This document shows, piece after piece, positions 46,051 through 59,047 of a stretch of 64,000 nt of DNA. Each line of letters opens with the position of its first letter. Position 1 is the stretch's first letter. This DNA comes from Stegostoma tigrinum (taxonomy: Eukaryota), in assembly GCF_030684315.1 (NCBI RefSeq), contig NC_081385.1, forward strand, positions 6,126,341 to 6,190,340, read 5' to 3'. A model generated the notes under the pieces. That model was given only the letters and a program-made list of their open reading frames with translations, was not told the origin of the DNA and did not search any database. The position numbers and the translations under genes are program-made.

Positions 46051-49000
46051 CTAGAGAGACGACAGCAAGCACCATGAGTAGAAGCACCTACCCACTGGTG
46101 ATACACAGTTAACACTTTGCTTACACAGGGACACAGGAAATGCAAATGCAACCAGTTAAAACACTTTGGTTCTGAATTTCCTCAGAGCTGTCATAACTGT
46201 GCCTTAGCCTGGTCGTAGCTTCACCTGAATGCTGGTAGGAAGTAATGCTTTCCCCAATCTTACAGGAAAAGTACAGCAATGCAGATGAAACAGCTCCCAG
46301 GAAATTCTGAGCCATTTTCAAGACAAAAAGGATTGCATTTTAATAATGTCTTTCAGGATGTCCCACTGTGCTTTACATTCACTGAAATACTTCTAAAAGT
46401 TAAGTTGCTGTTGTGATGTAGGAAAGATGGCAACACCTTCTATGCACAGAAAGTTCTCCCTGGTTACAATAATGATATCATCTTTTTTGTCACATACTGT
46501 TGACTGAGAGATAAATGTTGACCAGAAATCTCCAAAGAACACCCCTGCTCTTCTTCAAAATGGTGTCAGGGGATTTTTTGGGACCTACCCACGAAGTGGA
46601 CAGGACACTGGATTAACACCTCATCCGGAAGACAGCTCCGATGACAACACAGCACTCCCTCAGTACAGGTGTTGTGCTCAGGTCCCTGGAGCAAGACTTG
46701 AGCATATGCCCTCTCAGGCGTGTGTGCTGTCCATTGAGGCATGGGATAGAGGGAGGTTCAAGCAGAACAAAAAGAATGACAATGGAATAAATTTACAACA
46801 GGGATGGAATCATGACTGAGGTATTGGGTGAGAGAGGAGGTCAAAATTCAGATTGACGTGACTTTGGCACAGGAAGATCCCATCATCTGATGAACTATGG
46901 TTGCTTTTGTCAGACACAAAATGGTGTCCGATCAGTAAGCAGGTAAATTATTTACCACAGTATTAGACAAGCCTTAACATTCAAAGAGCATGATCAAAGT
47001 GATTGGGGGAAAGGATGGGGATGAGGGTGCAGGGTGGGGTGGGGTGGGGGTACGGAAGGAGGTGGGGGAGCACAGCAGAGGGTAAGAAAGGTTGCACCAG
47101 AACTAACTCTAACCCTATCACAGGAGCAGAAAATCCAAGACTGACACATTAATCTTAACAGACAAGGAACGTGTCAGCGAGTAATCAGAGCAAGGACTTT
47201 GTTCACAAGTCACAAATCCCTAATGATGGACTGGAAAAAACAACTTAAACACAACAATTGAGATGCTGCCTGATCAGGTAAGGCTTTTGTGCCTGGATTC
47301 TAAAATAATATGGCTCTCAATCTCAACAGGAAGTGTACCACCAATCCTCATTATTCTGTCTGATGGGTAAATACTTGCCAAGTATGGACTATAATTCAAC
47401 ATTAGATAGACGCTTCTACTAAAAAGCCTAAACCTCAGACATGAGTAATCTCTGTAGTGATCATATGAAGAAACTTATTATTCTTACTTGCATAGAATTA
47501 GTGAATTGCAGATTGTTCAGTCCTTGATATCTCTTGAGTAATCAGAGTTAAATTCTCTCTCTACATAGATTGATAGGATGGATGGAAGCTTTTCAGCACA
47601 TCACACCTGTGTTATTGCTAATTCTTACTGACTGAGCTACAGTTGAATGTTACTTTTTAATCAATGTAATGCAGAGCTACGACGATTAAATCATAGGCAC
47701 AAACTAGTGTGTGTTGCGAGGTATATTGGAGCATGTTACAGTTAATCAGCTAGTTCATCTTCTTATCCTACAAACTGACAGGTGCAAACTTTTGCTTTAA
47801 GATGCATTTTTAAAAATAATATAATGTTCCGCATATTTGCATCTTACTTACTTCTTCTTTCCAACTCGCTTAATTATAAACATTACAAGCTTTTTAATAA
47901 TAAATATTAGAATGATGAATCCTATCAACCCTCCGATTACAGACAGGATGATCACTGTCACTGTGTTGTCCACTTCTACCACTGTAATACAAAGGGAAAG
48001 TTTTTCAAATTAGTACAATGAAAATCACCAGTTAGACTCATCACTAAAGAACTAATATTTAGATTAGATTCCCTACAGTGTGGAAACAGGCTCTTCGGCC
48101 CAACAAGTCCACACCACCCCTTGAAGTATCCCACCCAAACCCATGCCCCTATAACCCACACACCCCTGAACACTACTGGCAATTTAGCATGGCCGATCCA
48201 CCTAGCCTGCACATCTTTGGGCTGTGGGAGAAAACCAGAGCTCCCGGAGGAAACCCACGCAGACACGGGGAGAATGTGCAAACTCTACATATAATACGAA
48301 GTGGGATACAGTGAATGTAAATAAGGGAACAATGGGGTACAAGCAGAAATATAAAGATACGCACAGGGATATAGAGAAACAGGTGAACATTGGATATACA
48401 AAAAGAAAGGTTATCAACAGATAGGGGAAATATTATTCCTCGACATCTGGTTTTATCAAAGTTAAAAAAGCAAATCTGAAACAGAAACCCAGTGTTTGTT
48501 TCAGCAGAGGTAGGACAGCCAATCCATTTGCAGGAGGCAGGCTGGTTGTTCACATATTTTCACAAAGTGTTCACTTTGAATATATTTCCTGAAATAACTC
48601 CCCAAAGGCCAGTACCCTGTCACCAAGTCACATTTTATTTACACACGGAGAGTCCTTCATACCGATCCAGCCAGCCCAGAGCAGGTTCCGAAAATGAACA
48701 GAACCTTTGACATTCATGTTTATATGTGTTAGCCAGGGCTCCCAGATTGGACCAGATTAACAGCCCCAAACAGGGAACTCATATTCGCTGAGGTCCATCT
48801 GGCAGACCTCATTATAAGCACTACAATTCCATTTTTAACAACCGTTTGCCAAGCTTCAGGTAACAAATGAAAAGAGCAGAGCCATGTAAATGAGCTAATG
48901 GACAACCCGTTCCCGACACAGTGGTAGCGTCCCTACCCCAGGACCAGGAGGCCCAGGTTCAAGTCTCATTTTGCTCTGTAAAATCTCTGAACAGGTCGAT

Positions 49001-52000
49001 TAGAAAAAAAAGGATGAATTAGTTAATTAATTAGTTAATTAGTTTAATTAGCCGTAAAGCACTGCTCGTGGGTCGTAAGGAACTGCAATCCTTCCACCAG
49101 GTTGAGAAAGTAGTCGTGAATCATGTCTTCATGATTGTGATCTGTCTGTTTATCCTTTCACAACTCCCTGGCAACCGGACCCCACTTGCCAACAGACCCA
49201 TCACTCATGCCCTCCCACTGATTGGATCTACCTGCTGTAAGGTCAGTTATAGCCTTGTGCTGTCTGTCCTCCTGTCTGATAGGCAGGGGGAGTCCTGTAA
49301 GTCTCAGCTCCCTGTTTCTCCTTCACTCCACATTTTGAAGATCCCCAAGGATAAGTTTGTGGACAGGAAAAGAGAGGGATAAGACACACAAAGGAGGGGA
49401 TAGAGTGACACAACAGGACAGACAGACATAGGGATAGAAATGTAAATGGAGACAAAGATAAGCAAGGGGATAAAGAGACAGATAGAGAGAGATGGGTTTA
49501 GAGATATAGAGAAGGAGGTGGAAATACACCAGCAGGAATAGAGAAGCACACACAGACAGTTAAAGACACAGGTATATAAAGAGACAAGAATGAACAGAGG
49601 CACCAGGCGAAGAGAGGGGTTTGGACTATGGGATATTGTGGCTATGCCGTGGGAAATAAAATTTTCACAAGTAACCTATATCTCTAAATGAATCCCTATT
49701 TGTAAATGTGTAACATTGTCAGATCTAATCAAAGCCTCTCAATAAAGTGGTATTTTAGAAACATTGTCACTCTGTATAAAGAGATAATGGGAACTGCAGA
49801 TGCTGGAGAATCCGAGATAACAAAGTGTGGAACTGGATGAACACAGCAGGCCAAGCAGCATCTTAGGAGCACAAAAGCTGACGTTTCGGGCCTAGACTCT
49901 TCATTAGAGAGGGGGATGGGGAGAGGGTTCTGGAATAAATAGGGAGAGAGGGGGCACTGCAACTCTTTTGTAATCTCCTCTCCTCTCCACCTATCTTCTC
50001 CTCTGTCCATCTTCGGTCCGCCTCCCCCTCTCTCCCTATTTATTTCAGAACCCTCTCCCCATCCCCCTCTCTGATGAAGGGTCTAGGCCCGAAACGTCAG
50101 CTTTTGTGTCCCTCTTCACTCAGTATAAAACCAGCTTAGCACTGAGAGACCTCACTACTTGTTTCTGAACACACTTTAATGAGATAGTTAAGAAGCATAA
50201 ACCAGAAATTGACAGAAGTATTTATGTGTAGATATTTGGCCGGGGGAGGGGGGGTATTAGTTTTTTGGATAATTCAGATGGAGTCCAGTTAATCATTCAC
50301 ATATGAATACAAATGATCCAGAAGTGGCTGTGTTAGGCAAACAGAATTTCACCCCATTGCATATTTACATAGATGTTTGGACCAAGGAGCCCCAGTGCAG
50401 TTAGTCACAGCAGGAAGAATTGCAGCTTGAAGTGTCACATGTTAAAACACAGGAGGGAGGAGCCCAAGGAGATCAAGTGGAACGTTAAGGTTAATGAGCA
50501 GCTGAGTAAATTCTTGGGGGAGGTCACTGAAGGAGTTAAACTATGAAGGTCCATTGTTCCAGATACTGGATGCCATTACAACTTCCCACTATAAAAAAGT
50601 GTGGGTTGAGCACAAAGCTACAAAATTATGATGCTGATTCTCTATTTGCATCCCAAGTTTTCTCGTAAGCACCAGTGTGTCTCAGGAGAAGGAGCGGAAT
50701 GGGAGGAATTGCATAGAGATTTAAAGCTCAAAAACAAGCAATTCAATCCACAGCACAGCCTCCTCCCACACTGCTTCAACTTCCTGGTCATTGTAACCTT
50801 CTGCCCATTTTGCTCATCCACTTACTCATCTGGTTTCCAATAAGTGTATAATATTGACCGACTGGTGGTGAGCTCTACTCCCTAGGAAAAGAGGTTTCTC
50901 TGGAAATTGCCTCAGAGCTAATGGTGACCCTCACATTTATAAGCCACCAACGCTTAGTTCAAGAGATGCATTAGCCTCTTGATTCATTTCCTGTGGGTTT
51001 TTGAAGTGACAAGTATAGAATCCATATTCCTCAAAATCCACGTCTGCAAACAAAAGGGAAATATTCTTCTCTTTAATATTCCCAATAAATGTAACTCTGT
51101 CATATTCCTCTGATGGAAAGATTTGGGGTCTCTTATCTTTCAGTTTAATATGAATAATCTGTGCAAGAACTTTCTCTAGCTCACTTGGCTGGATGCATGG
51201 ATTATGATGCAGGTTGATACCAACAGTGTGGGTGTAAAGGCCACATTGGCTGCGGTTATCCTGCCTTCTCAACCTTGCCCCTGGCCTGTGGTGTCGTGAC
51301 CCTCAGGTTAAACCACCACCAATTGTCTCTCTGTCTAATGAGAAACTGGGACTATGGTGACTTATAACTACGCTTGATGCAAGGACAAATGAGCAAGTGT
51401 GGTTATTGCCAAGAATCCATTCTGGTAGCTCCAACTAGCCAGGAATTTTAAATTGTAAATCTTGCATTGCAAAGTATCAAGAGAGAAAAAACAGAACACT
51501 CACGTTCACTGACAACACTTAGTTCAAGAGATGCATTAGCCTCTTTATTCATTTCCTGTGGGTTTTTGAAGTGACAAGTATAAAATCCATTGTCCTCAAA
51601 ATCCACGTCTGCAAGCAAAAGGGAAATATTCTTCTCTTTAATATTCCCAATAAATGTAACTCTGTCATACTCCTCTGATGGAAAGATTTGGGGTCTCTTA
51701 TCTTTCAGTTTAATATGAATAATCTGTGCAAGTAAAAAAAAATCAGAATTAGAAAAAACCTTTTGAGCGAAGAATGTTTTATTTCCCACCATTCACCTGC
51801 CACCACACCCAATCCTAATGACTAAAGTTGTTTGCAAACTCAGGATTTCCCAAAGCCTTCCAAAGCCAATTAAATGTGCTTCTGATCTTGTGATCACTGT
51901 TACATCAGAAATACAGCAACCAATGTGTTCACAGCAAGGTCCACCAATCAGCAAGGTGGTAACAATGAGATAACATGCTTTGGTGATGTTTGTTGAGATG

Positions 52001-54992
52001 TGGCCATAGGACATCAGAAATAACTCCCATTTTACTTTGGTGTAACATCTTACATCACAGCAATGAAGGGGTGGTACAGTGGTTAGCCAGGGACCCGGGG
52101 TTGATTCCACCCTTGAGTGACTGTCTGTGTGTTGCCTGTTCTCCCTGTGTCTGCATGGGTTTCCTCCAGGTGCTCCAGTTTCCTCCCACAGTCGAAAGAT
52201 GTGCAGGTCAGGTTGATTGGCCATGCTAAATTGCCTGTAGTGTGCAGGTCAGATGGGTTAGCCATGGGAAATGCAGGGTTACGGGGATAGGATGGGATGT
52301 TATTTGGACGGTCAGTGTAGACTAAATGGGCTGAATGGCCTGCTTCCATACTGTAAGGATTCTATTCTGTATGGAAAGTCCATATTCTCCTCTGCTTTTT
52401 CTATTAAAGGCTGTGGATGGCACTTGAGGGGGCAGCGGACAGAAAAGGTCACACTCACTGGCCACACAATTCATAGGATGAAGGGTGGTGGGGTGTTCTC
52501 CTTCTGTACACCCTTGTTGAGGTGCCCTCATGGTTACTAACCTGCCTCAGCAATGCCTAACTCTCTGAGGTGCAGTTGAGGCTACACAGTTGGTACAGCT
52601 CTCATTGAACTGGTGCCATTGAAAGCCCATAAACACAAAGTCAACCACCAAGGGACTCAATCTACCCTTAGGGAGTCCCTTTCGGTGCAGGTTAAGGACA
52701 GGCTTGAAGATCTTCATCCAACAACCCGCCACAGCTCCACCAAGCATGAGAGAACATTTCTGATCTGGGAAAATCCTGGTCTTTGTTGTTCTTTCCCCAC
52801 AGATAACTCCTCAGTGAAGGGGCGACCTCACTCAGTGACACTCACGAGGCTATCTGACTGCTGAGGTAAAGATAACCTACAGCCTACCCAACATCCATCA
52901 AAAGGCATGGAAGGAATGGGGAGGAGTGAAAGGGAAGGTGAGATCTTCAGCGAATTTTGAACAGATTGTCAGAAGCAATGACTTTGTATTAAAAAAGAAC
53001 AAACTGATTTTCAAATGTTCAAATAAAAATAAGGAGGGTTAACCAGATTATTAACCAAATTGTAGGGAGAACGTTCAGCATTCTTTGAGTTTTTAAAAGC
53101 AAATTTACTGTAACGTGGTTACAGTGACACGAAGTAAAATTGCTCCTAAATTAAAACCAATCCTTTCAGCAGTGATGTTATGAAATATTTCTTCACACTA
53201 TCAAGTTCAGAATTTTATTTCCACTAAAGGCAACTGATGCTTGATGAATTGCTAATTTTGACTATGAGATTGATAAATCTTTAGCTGAGTTATTGAGGAA
53301 TTTAGGGGAAAGGTAAGTATATGGAGTTATGTCACAGAGAAGCCCTAATCCCACTGACAGACACAACAAGCTCAGAGAGCTAGGGCAGAAATTGCTGCAA
53401 AAGCTCAGCAGGCCTGGCAGCATCTATGAAGAAAACAATCTGAGTTAATGTTTTGGGTCTGGGTCCCTTCCTCAAAACTAAGGGAGGGTCACCAGACCCA
53501 AAACGTTAACTCTGATTTTTTCTTTACAGATGCTGCCAGGCCTGCTGAGCTTTTCCAGCAATTTCTGTTTTGTTCCTGATTTACAGCATCCGCAGTTCTT
53601 TTGGTTTTTATCATTATCAGAGAGCTAAATGGCTTCCTCCTATCTTTGACTAGATTTATTTCTCTAATATTGATGTTTGTTTCAACTGAACTTGCTTATC
53701 TCAATTCAGATCTAAGCCTGTTGGAGAAACAGAAAAGACACAGTTTTCTTGTGGATAAAGTTTATTGACTACTCAGTGACATAACTCATGCCACACCCAG
53801 TACTCTCTGTTCTATCCTTTATAATTGCGTTGTCACTTAATTTTCAATTAACCACAGCCAGCACCTTAACTCTTGCTAGAAAGGCACACAAAATACAATT
53901 AGTCAGTGCATAGGCATCAATGGGATAGAGTGTGCAGTGAGCTTTGAATTAGCTAGCAACTGAGATGAGTCTCACATCCTTATCTCCACCAAGTTCAATC
54001 CCTCCTAATCACCTCCAAAACTGGCAAATGTGCTTTTCTCAGGTTGTTTATTGTATTGAGGAACCAGATAAAAGGCCTAGGATCACGTAGGCCAGGGAAC
54101 AATTACCCAAGGTGGAATGGGTTCAGTCATAAAGGTGGTAATAGCACAGGCCAGCCCCAGGCTTGAATTTCACCACAGCAGTTGAAGAAATTTGGATTCA
54201 ATAAAATCTGGAATAAACAGTTAGCCTAATGGTGATGATGTAGCCATTATCGTAAAAACCCTTCTGGTTGACCATTGTCCTTGAGGGAAGGAAATTTACC
54301 ACTCTGACTTACATGTGACTCCATACCCATAGCAATGTAGTTGACTCTTAACTGCCCTCTCGGCAATTGAGGATGGAAAATAACTGCTGGCCTAGCAAGC
54401 AACACCCAAATCCCAAAAATGTTCTTTTCTTTAATAAAAGGTGGAGGAGTGAAATGAGTCAGAAGTAAATAGTCAGTAACACCAAGCAGCAGATTTAAGA
54501 AAGGGAGATGTGGGAGGTAGTAAGGACATCCATAAGATACATTTGAGGAGTGGTCTTAATTTGAATACAGTGAGGATGTGGAGGGAAGGAGAGCAGGGTA
54601 GGAGTCGGACTCCAAAAGGCAGACTTGCAAATGAAATATGTGACACAGAGTTTGGGGCATGCAGTGTGGACCCCTCAACATGAGACTGAGGATATTGCTA
54701 AGAGCATCACCTCTAAGAAATACCCGCTAGAATTTGAGGGTGGAGGCACGTTTCTTGGTGGAGAATGGGAGTTGCTGGGGAGTGAAAAGGGAACATGGAT
54801 TTGCATGGCTCACTTTCGTTTCTTCACTTGTTTTGTTTTTCCGGAATGTCCACCAGAAGTCGGAGTTTTTGAAGTCCATGCAACTAGAGAAGGTACAGGG
54901 TAACTCGACATCAGAGCCATTCAGTGCCACAATCGTTGGCAATTTTCCAATGTGAACTTCTATAGCTTCATTATTTTGAAATACAACAAAAC
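45963..54992 (-). CDS. SCN4B: Sodium channel beta-4 subunit, 5' partial: complement(join(45963-46050,47852-47981,51504-51723,54814-54992)); exon 1 not located
   Basis: LNGSDVELPCTFSSC, NISLLL, DNGFYTCHFKNP, EVDNTVTVIILSVIGGLIG, KKLVMFIIK, KKECLV all align with human SCN4B. GT-AG sites and phases 1-0-1-2 are consistent. Confidence 0.95.
47852..47981 (-). CDS. SCN4B: SCN4B transmembrane exon
   Basis: LVEVDNTVTVIILSVIGGLIGFIILIFIIKKLVMFIIKRVGKK; ATTACAG and GTAAGT. Confidence 0.95.
48590..48825 (-). mobile_element. Probable solo LTR (236 bp) in SCN4B intron 3, same strand as the gene
   Basis: Minus strand begins TGTAGT and ends TTTCA, with CCAAT, TATAAA and AATAAA in LTR order. Flanks TTTCC and ATTCC are a possible 5-bp TSD with one mismatch. 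Confidence 0.6.
49360..49615. repeat. GA-rich low-complexity tract
   Basis: Degenerate (GA/GACA/GATA)n. Confidence 0.7.
49781..50115. mobile_element. Penelope-like fold-back insertion, family A, short
   Basis: Inverted arms matching the 55956 and 59110 termini; TSD TCACTC(T/A)GTATAAA at 49767-49780 and 50116-50129; hammerhead core at 50071-50098. Confidence 0.88.
50937..51167 (-). pseudogene. SCN4B: Duplicate of SCN4B exon 3 (pseudo-exon or alternative terminal exon)
   Basis: 50948-51167 matches 51513-51732 with 7 substitutions in 220 bp and no indels. Acceptor CTTGCACAG is kept, the donor is lost, and the frame ends VGGL-TAA. Confidence 0.9.
51504..51723 (-). CDS. SCN4B: SCN4B exon 3 (second half of the Ig V-set domain)
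   Basis: IIHIKLKDKRPQIF...NISLLLADVDFEDNGFYTCHFKNPQE...LELSVVSE; T-rich acceptor and GTGAGT donor. Confidence 0.95.
53383..53616. mobile_element. Family B Penelope-like fold-back insertion in an old CR1 tail
   Basis: Inverted arms about 85 bp; TSD TCAGAGAGCTA at 53372-53382 and 53617-53627. Confidence 0.85.
54814..54992 (-). CDS. SCN4B: SCN4B exon 2 (end of signal peptide and first half of the Ig domain)
   Basis: GFVVFQNNEAIEVHIGKLPTIVALNGSDVELPCTFSSCMDFKNSDFWWTFRKNKTSEETK; retains the second Cys of CTFSSC. Confidence 0.95.
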
Positions 54993-57437
54993 CTGCCGAG
55001 AAAGATAGTAGGTTAAAAAAAAATACATGACCCTTGATTAAGAGTTCAGATTTCTCTCGCTCTCTATATTCCCGCTGCTATCTAAAGGGATCCATGCCCT
55101 CACTGGGAGTTCCACAGCAGCCAGACTGGCGAATCTTCCAATCTTACCATTCCTCACCGGCATGCTCAGTGGCTGTTAGGAAGACTCATGGAAGTTACAG
55201 AAATTGAGGAGGATGGGATCATCCATCCGAGGTAAATCACTGACTTCCAGATGTATCCAAACTGTAAAATCAGGGGATGTCTTCAACACATGAGAAATGG
55301 CAATCCACAATGACTTTATTTGGCTGCAGTGTATTTACCTAACTACATATTGTGACAATAGGTTTTAGATCTTCATTTATGTCTATGTTACCTGGAAGAC
55401 ATAGCTATTCTATTATTCTACTGGACAGCCTCATATGTTGGTAAACTCATGATTATCCAAAGCTATTATTCCATAATTCACACTAATTCCCAACCAACCA
55501 TCATCCATCACTGATATAGGTCCTAGTCCTGCCATGGCTCACTTCTCCCTGTCTCTGGAATCTTCTCCAACCCCAAACCCCTCTGATATCTGTTCCTGTG
55601 TGTCCAGGGTAAGGATTATCATTATACAACTGTACAGGGTTTCTGTGTGTGCAGGGTAAGGGTTACGCAGTGTGTAACTGTATACTCACTAGTTATCAAA
55701 AACAAAGTCACACCCGCATTGCAAAAGAGCTTTAATTGATCAAATATGCTTCACAGCTAAACTAGTGCATTTGAAATGTGATTATTATTGTAATGTAGAA
55801 AATGGAGAGATCTACTTGCACACAGCAAGTTCACACAAGCAGTGGTGTTTATTGACCAATTAACTTACATAGCTACATAACAACGTAAAGGCTTCAGATC
55901 TAATAATTACCTGGAAAGCAGCACTTTTGACAGTGCCGAACTCTTTCACTCCTGTGATAATGGGAACTGCAGATGCTGGAGAATCTAAGATAATACAATG
56001 TGAGGCTGGATGAACACAGCAGGCCAAGCAGCATCTCAGGAGCACAAAAGCTGATGTTTCGGGCCTGGACCCTTCATCAGAGAGGGGGATAGGGTGAGGG
56101 TTCTGGAATAAATAGGGAGAGAGGGGGAGGTGGACCGAAGATGGAGAGAAAAGAAGATAGGTGGAGAGGAGAGTATAGGTGGGGAGGTAGGGAGGGGATA
56201 GGTCAGTCCAGGGAAGACGGACAGGTCAAGGAGGTGGGATGAGGTTAGTAGGTAGGGGATGGAGGTGCGGCTTGGGGTGGGAGGAAGGGATGGGTGAGAG
56301 GAAGAACAGGTTAGAGAGGCAGAGACAGGTTGGACTGGTTTTGGGATGCAGTGGGTGGAGTGGAGGAGCTGGGCTGGTTGTGTGGTGCAGTGGGAGGAGG
56401 GGACGAACTGGGCTGGTTTAGGGATGCAGTAGGGGAAGGGGAGATTTTGAAGCTGGTGAAGTCCACATTGATACCATTAGGCTGCAGGGTTCCCAGGCGG
56501 AATATGAGTTGCTGATCCTGCAACCTTCGGGTGGCATCATTGTGGCACTGCAGGAGGCCCATGATGGACATGTCATCTAAAGAATGGAAGGGGGAGTGGA
56601 AATGGTTTGCGACTGGGAGGTGCAGTAGTTTGTTGCGAACTGAGCGGAGGTGTTCTGCAAAGCGGTCTCCAAGCCTCCGCTTGGTTTCCCCAATGTAGAG
56701 GAAGCCACACCGGGTACAGTGGATGCAGTATACCACATTGGCAGATGTGCAGGTGAACCTCTGCTTAATGTGGAATGTCATCTTGGGGCCTGGGATAGGG
56801 GTGAGGGGGGAGGTGTGGGGGCAAGTGTGGCATTTCTTGCGGTTGCAGGGGAAGGTGCCGGTGTGGTGGGGTTGGAGGGCAGTGTGGAGCGAACAAGGGA
56901 GTCACGGAGAGAGCGGTCTCTCCGGAAAGCAGACAGGTGTGGGGATGGAAAAATGTCTTGGGTGGTGGGGTCGGATTGTAGATGGCGGAAGTGTTGGAGG
57001 ATGATGTGTTGTATCCAGAGGTTGGTGGGGTGGTGTGTGAGAACGAGGGGGATCCTCTTTGGCCGGTTGTGGCGGGGGCGGGGTGTGAGAGACGTGTTGC
57101 AGGAAATACGGGAGACGCGGTCGAGGGCATTCTCGATCACTGTGGGGGGAAAGTTGCGGTCCTTTAAGAATTTGTACATCTGGGATGTGCGGGAGTGGAA
57201 TGTCTTGTCATGGGAGCAGATGCTGCGGAGGCGGAGGAATTGGGAATAGGGGATGGAATTTTTGCAGGAGGGTGGGTGGGAGGAGGTGTATTCTAGGTAG
57301 CTGTGGGAGTCGGTGGGCTTGAAATGGATATCAGTTACAAGCTGGTTGCCTGAGATGGAGACTGAGAGGTCCAGGAAGATGAGGGATGTGCTGGAGATGG
57401 CCCAGGTGAACTGAAGGTTGGGGTGGAAGGTGTTGGG

Positions 57438-58793
57438 ACCCTCAACAACTTCTCTTTTGACTCCTCCCACTTCCTACAGACTAAGGGGGTGGCCATGGGC
57501 ACCCGCATGGGCCCCAGCTATGCCTGCCTCTTTGTAGGTTACGTGGAAGAGTCCCTCTTCCGCACCTACACAGGCCCCAAACCCCACCTCTTCCTCCGGT
57601 ACATTGATGACTGTATCGGCGCCGCCTCTTGCTCCCCAGAGGAGCTCGAACAGTTCATCCACTTCACCAACACCTTCCACCCCAACCTTCAGTTCACCTG
57701 GGCCATCTCCAGCACATCCCTCATCTTCCTGGACCTCTCAGTCTCCATCTCAGGCAACCAGCTTGTAACTGATATCCATTTCAAGCCCACCGACTCCCAC
57801 AGCTACCTAGAATACACCTCCTCCCACCCACCCTCCTGCAAAAATTCCATCCCCTATTCCCAATTCCTCCGCCTCCGCCGCATCTGCTCCCACGACAAGA
57901 CATTCCACTCCCGCACATCCCAGATGTCCAAATTCTTCAAGGACCGCAACTTTCCCCCCACAGTGATCGAGAATGCCCTCGACCGCGTCTCCCGTATTTC
58001 CCGCAACACGTCTCTCACACCCCGCCCCCGCCACAACCGGCCAAAGAGGATCCCCCTCGTTCTCACACACCACCCCACCAACCTCCGGATACAACGCATC
58101 ATCCTCCGACACTTCCGCCATCTACAATCCGACCCCACCACCCAAGACATTTTTCCATCCCCACCCCTGTCTGCTTTCCGGAGAGACCACTCTCTCCGTG
58201 ACTCCCTTGTTCGCTCCACACTGCTCTCCAACCCCACCACACCCGGCATCTTCCCCTGCAACCGCAGGAAATGCCACACTTGCCCCCACACCTCCCCCCT
58301 CACCCCTATCCCAGGCCCCAAGATGACATTCCACATTAAGCAGAGGTTCACCTGCACATCTGCCAATGTGGTATACTGCATCCACTGTACCCGGTGTGGC
58401 TTCCTCTACATTGGGGAAACCAAGCGGAGGCTTGGAGACCGCTTTGCAGAACACCTCCGCTAAGTTCGCAACAAACTACTGCACCTCCCAGTCGCAAACC
58501 ATTTCCACTCCCCCTTCCATTCTTTAGATGACATGTCCATCATGGGCCTCCTGCAGTGCCACAATGATGCCACCCGAAGGTTGCAGGAACAGCAACTCAT
58601 ATTCCGCCTGGGAACCCTGCAGCCTAATGGTATCAATGTGGACTTCACCAGCTTCAAAATCTCCCCTTCCCCTACTGCATCCCTAAACCAGCCCAGTTCG
58701 TCCCCTCCCCCCACTGCACCACACAACCAGCCCAGCTCCTCCACTCCACCCACTGCATCCCAAAACCAGTCCAACCTGTCTCCGCCTCCCTAA
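57438..58793 (+). pseudogene. 5'-truncated Penelope RT and GIY-YIG ORF with a premature TAA at 58461-58463
   Basis: ORFs 57423-58463 and 58533-58793 are in the same frame; the mirror arm has TCA at the stop position. Confidence 0.92.
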
Positions 58794-59015
58794 CCTGTTC
58801 TTCCTCTCACCCATCCCTTCCTCCCACCCCAAGCCGCACCCCCATCTACCTACTAACCTCATCCCACCTCCTTGACCTGTCCGTCTTCCCTGGACTGACC
58901 TATCCCCTCCCTACCTCCCCACCTATACTCTCTCCACCTATCTTCTTTACTCTCCATCTTCGGTCCGCCTCCCCCTCTCTCCCTATTTATTCCAGAACCC
59001 TCACCCCACCCCCCT

Positions 59016-59047
59016 CTCTGATGAAGGGTCTAGGCCCGAAACGTCAG
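59016..59047 (+). ncRNA. Minimal hammerhead-ribozyme motif in the Penelope terminal repeat, family A
   Basis: CT-CTGATGA-A-GGGT-CTAG-GCCC-GAAA-CG-TC-AG. Identical core at 50071-50098; mirror copies near 56051-56080 and 49878-49907 carry point changes. Confidence 0.7.

Noticed and set aside
55148-55163. ATGCCGGTGAGGAATG|GTAAG (minus strand) as SCN4B exon 1
   Set aside because: The phase fits, but MPVRN supplies no hydrophobic signal-peptide core. The true exon 1 is probably beyond the window.
56650-58454. Long antisense ORFs over the Penelope arms
   Set aside because: By-product of the C-rich codon bias of the element; no recognisable domains.
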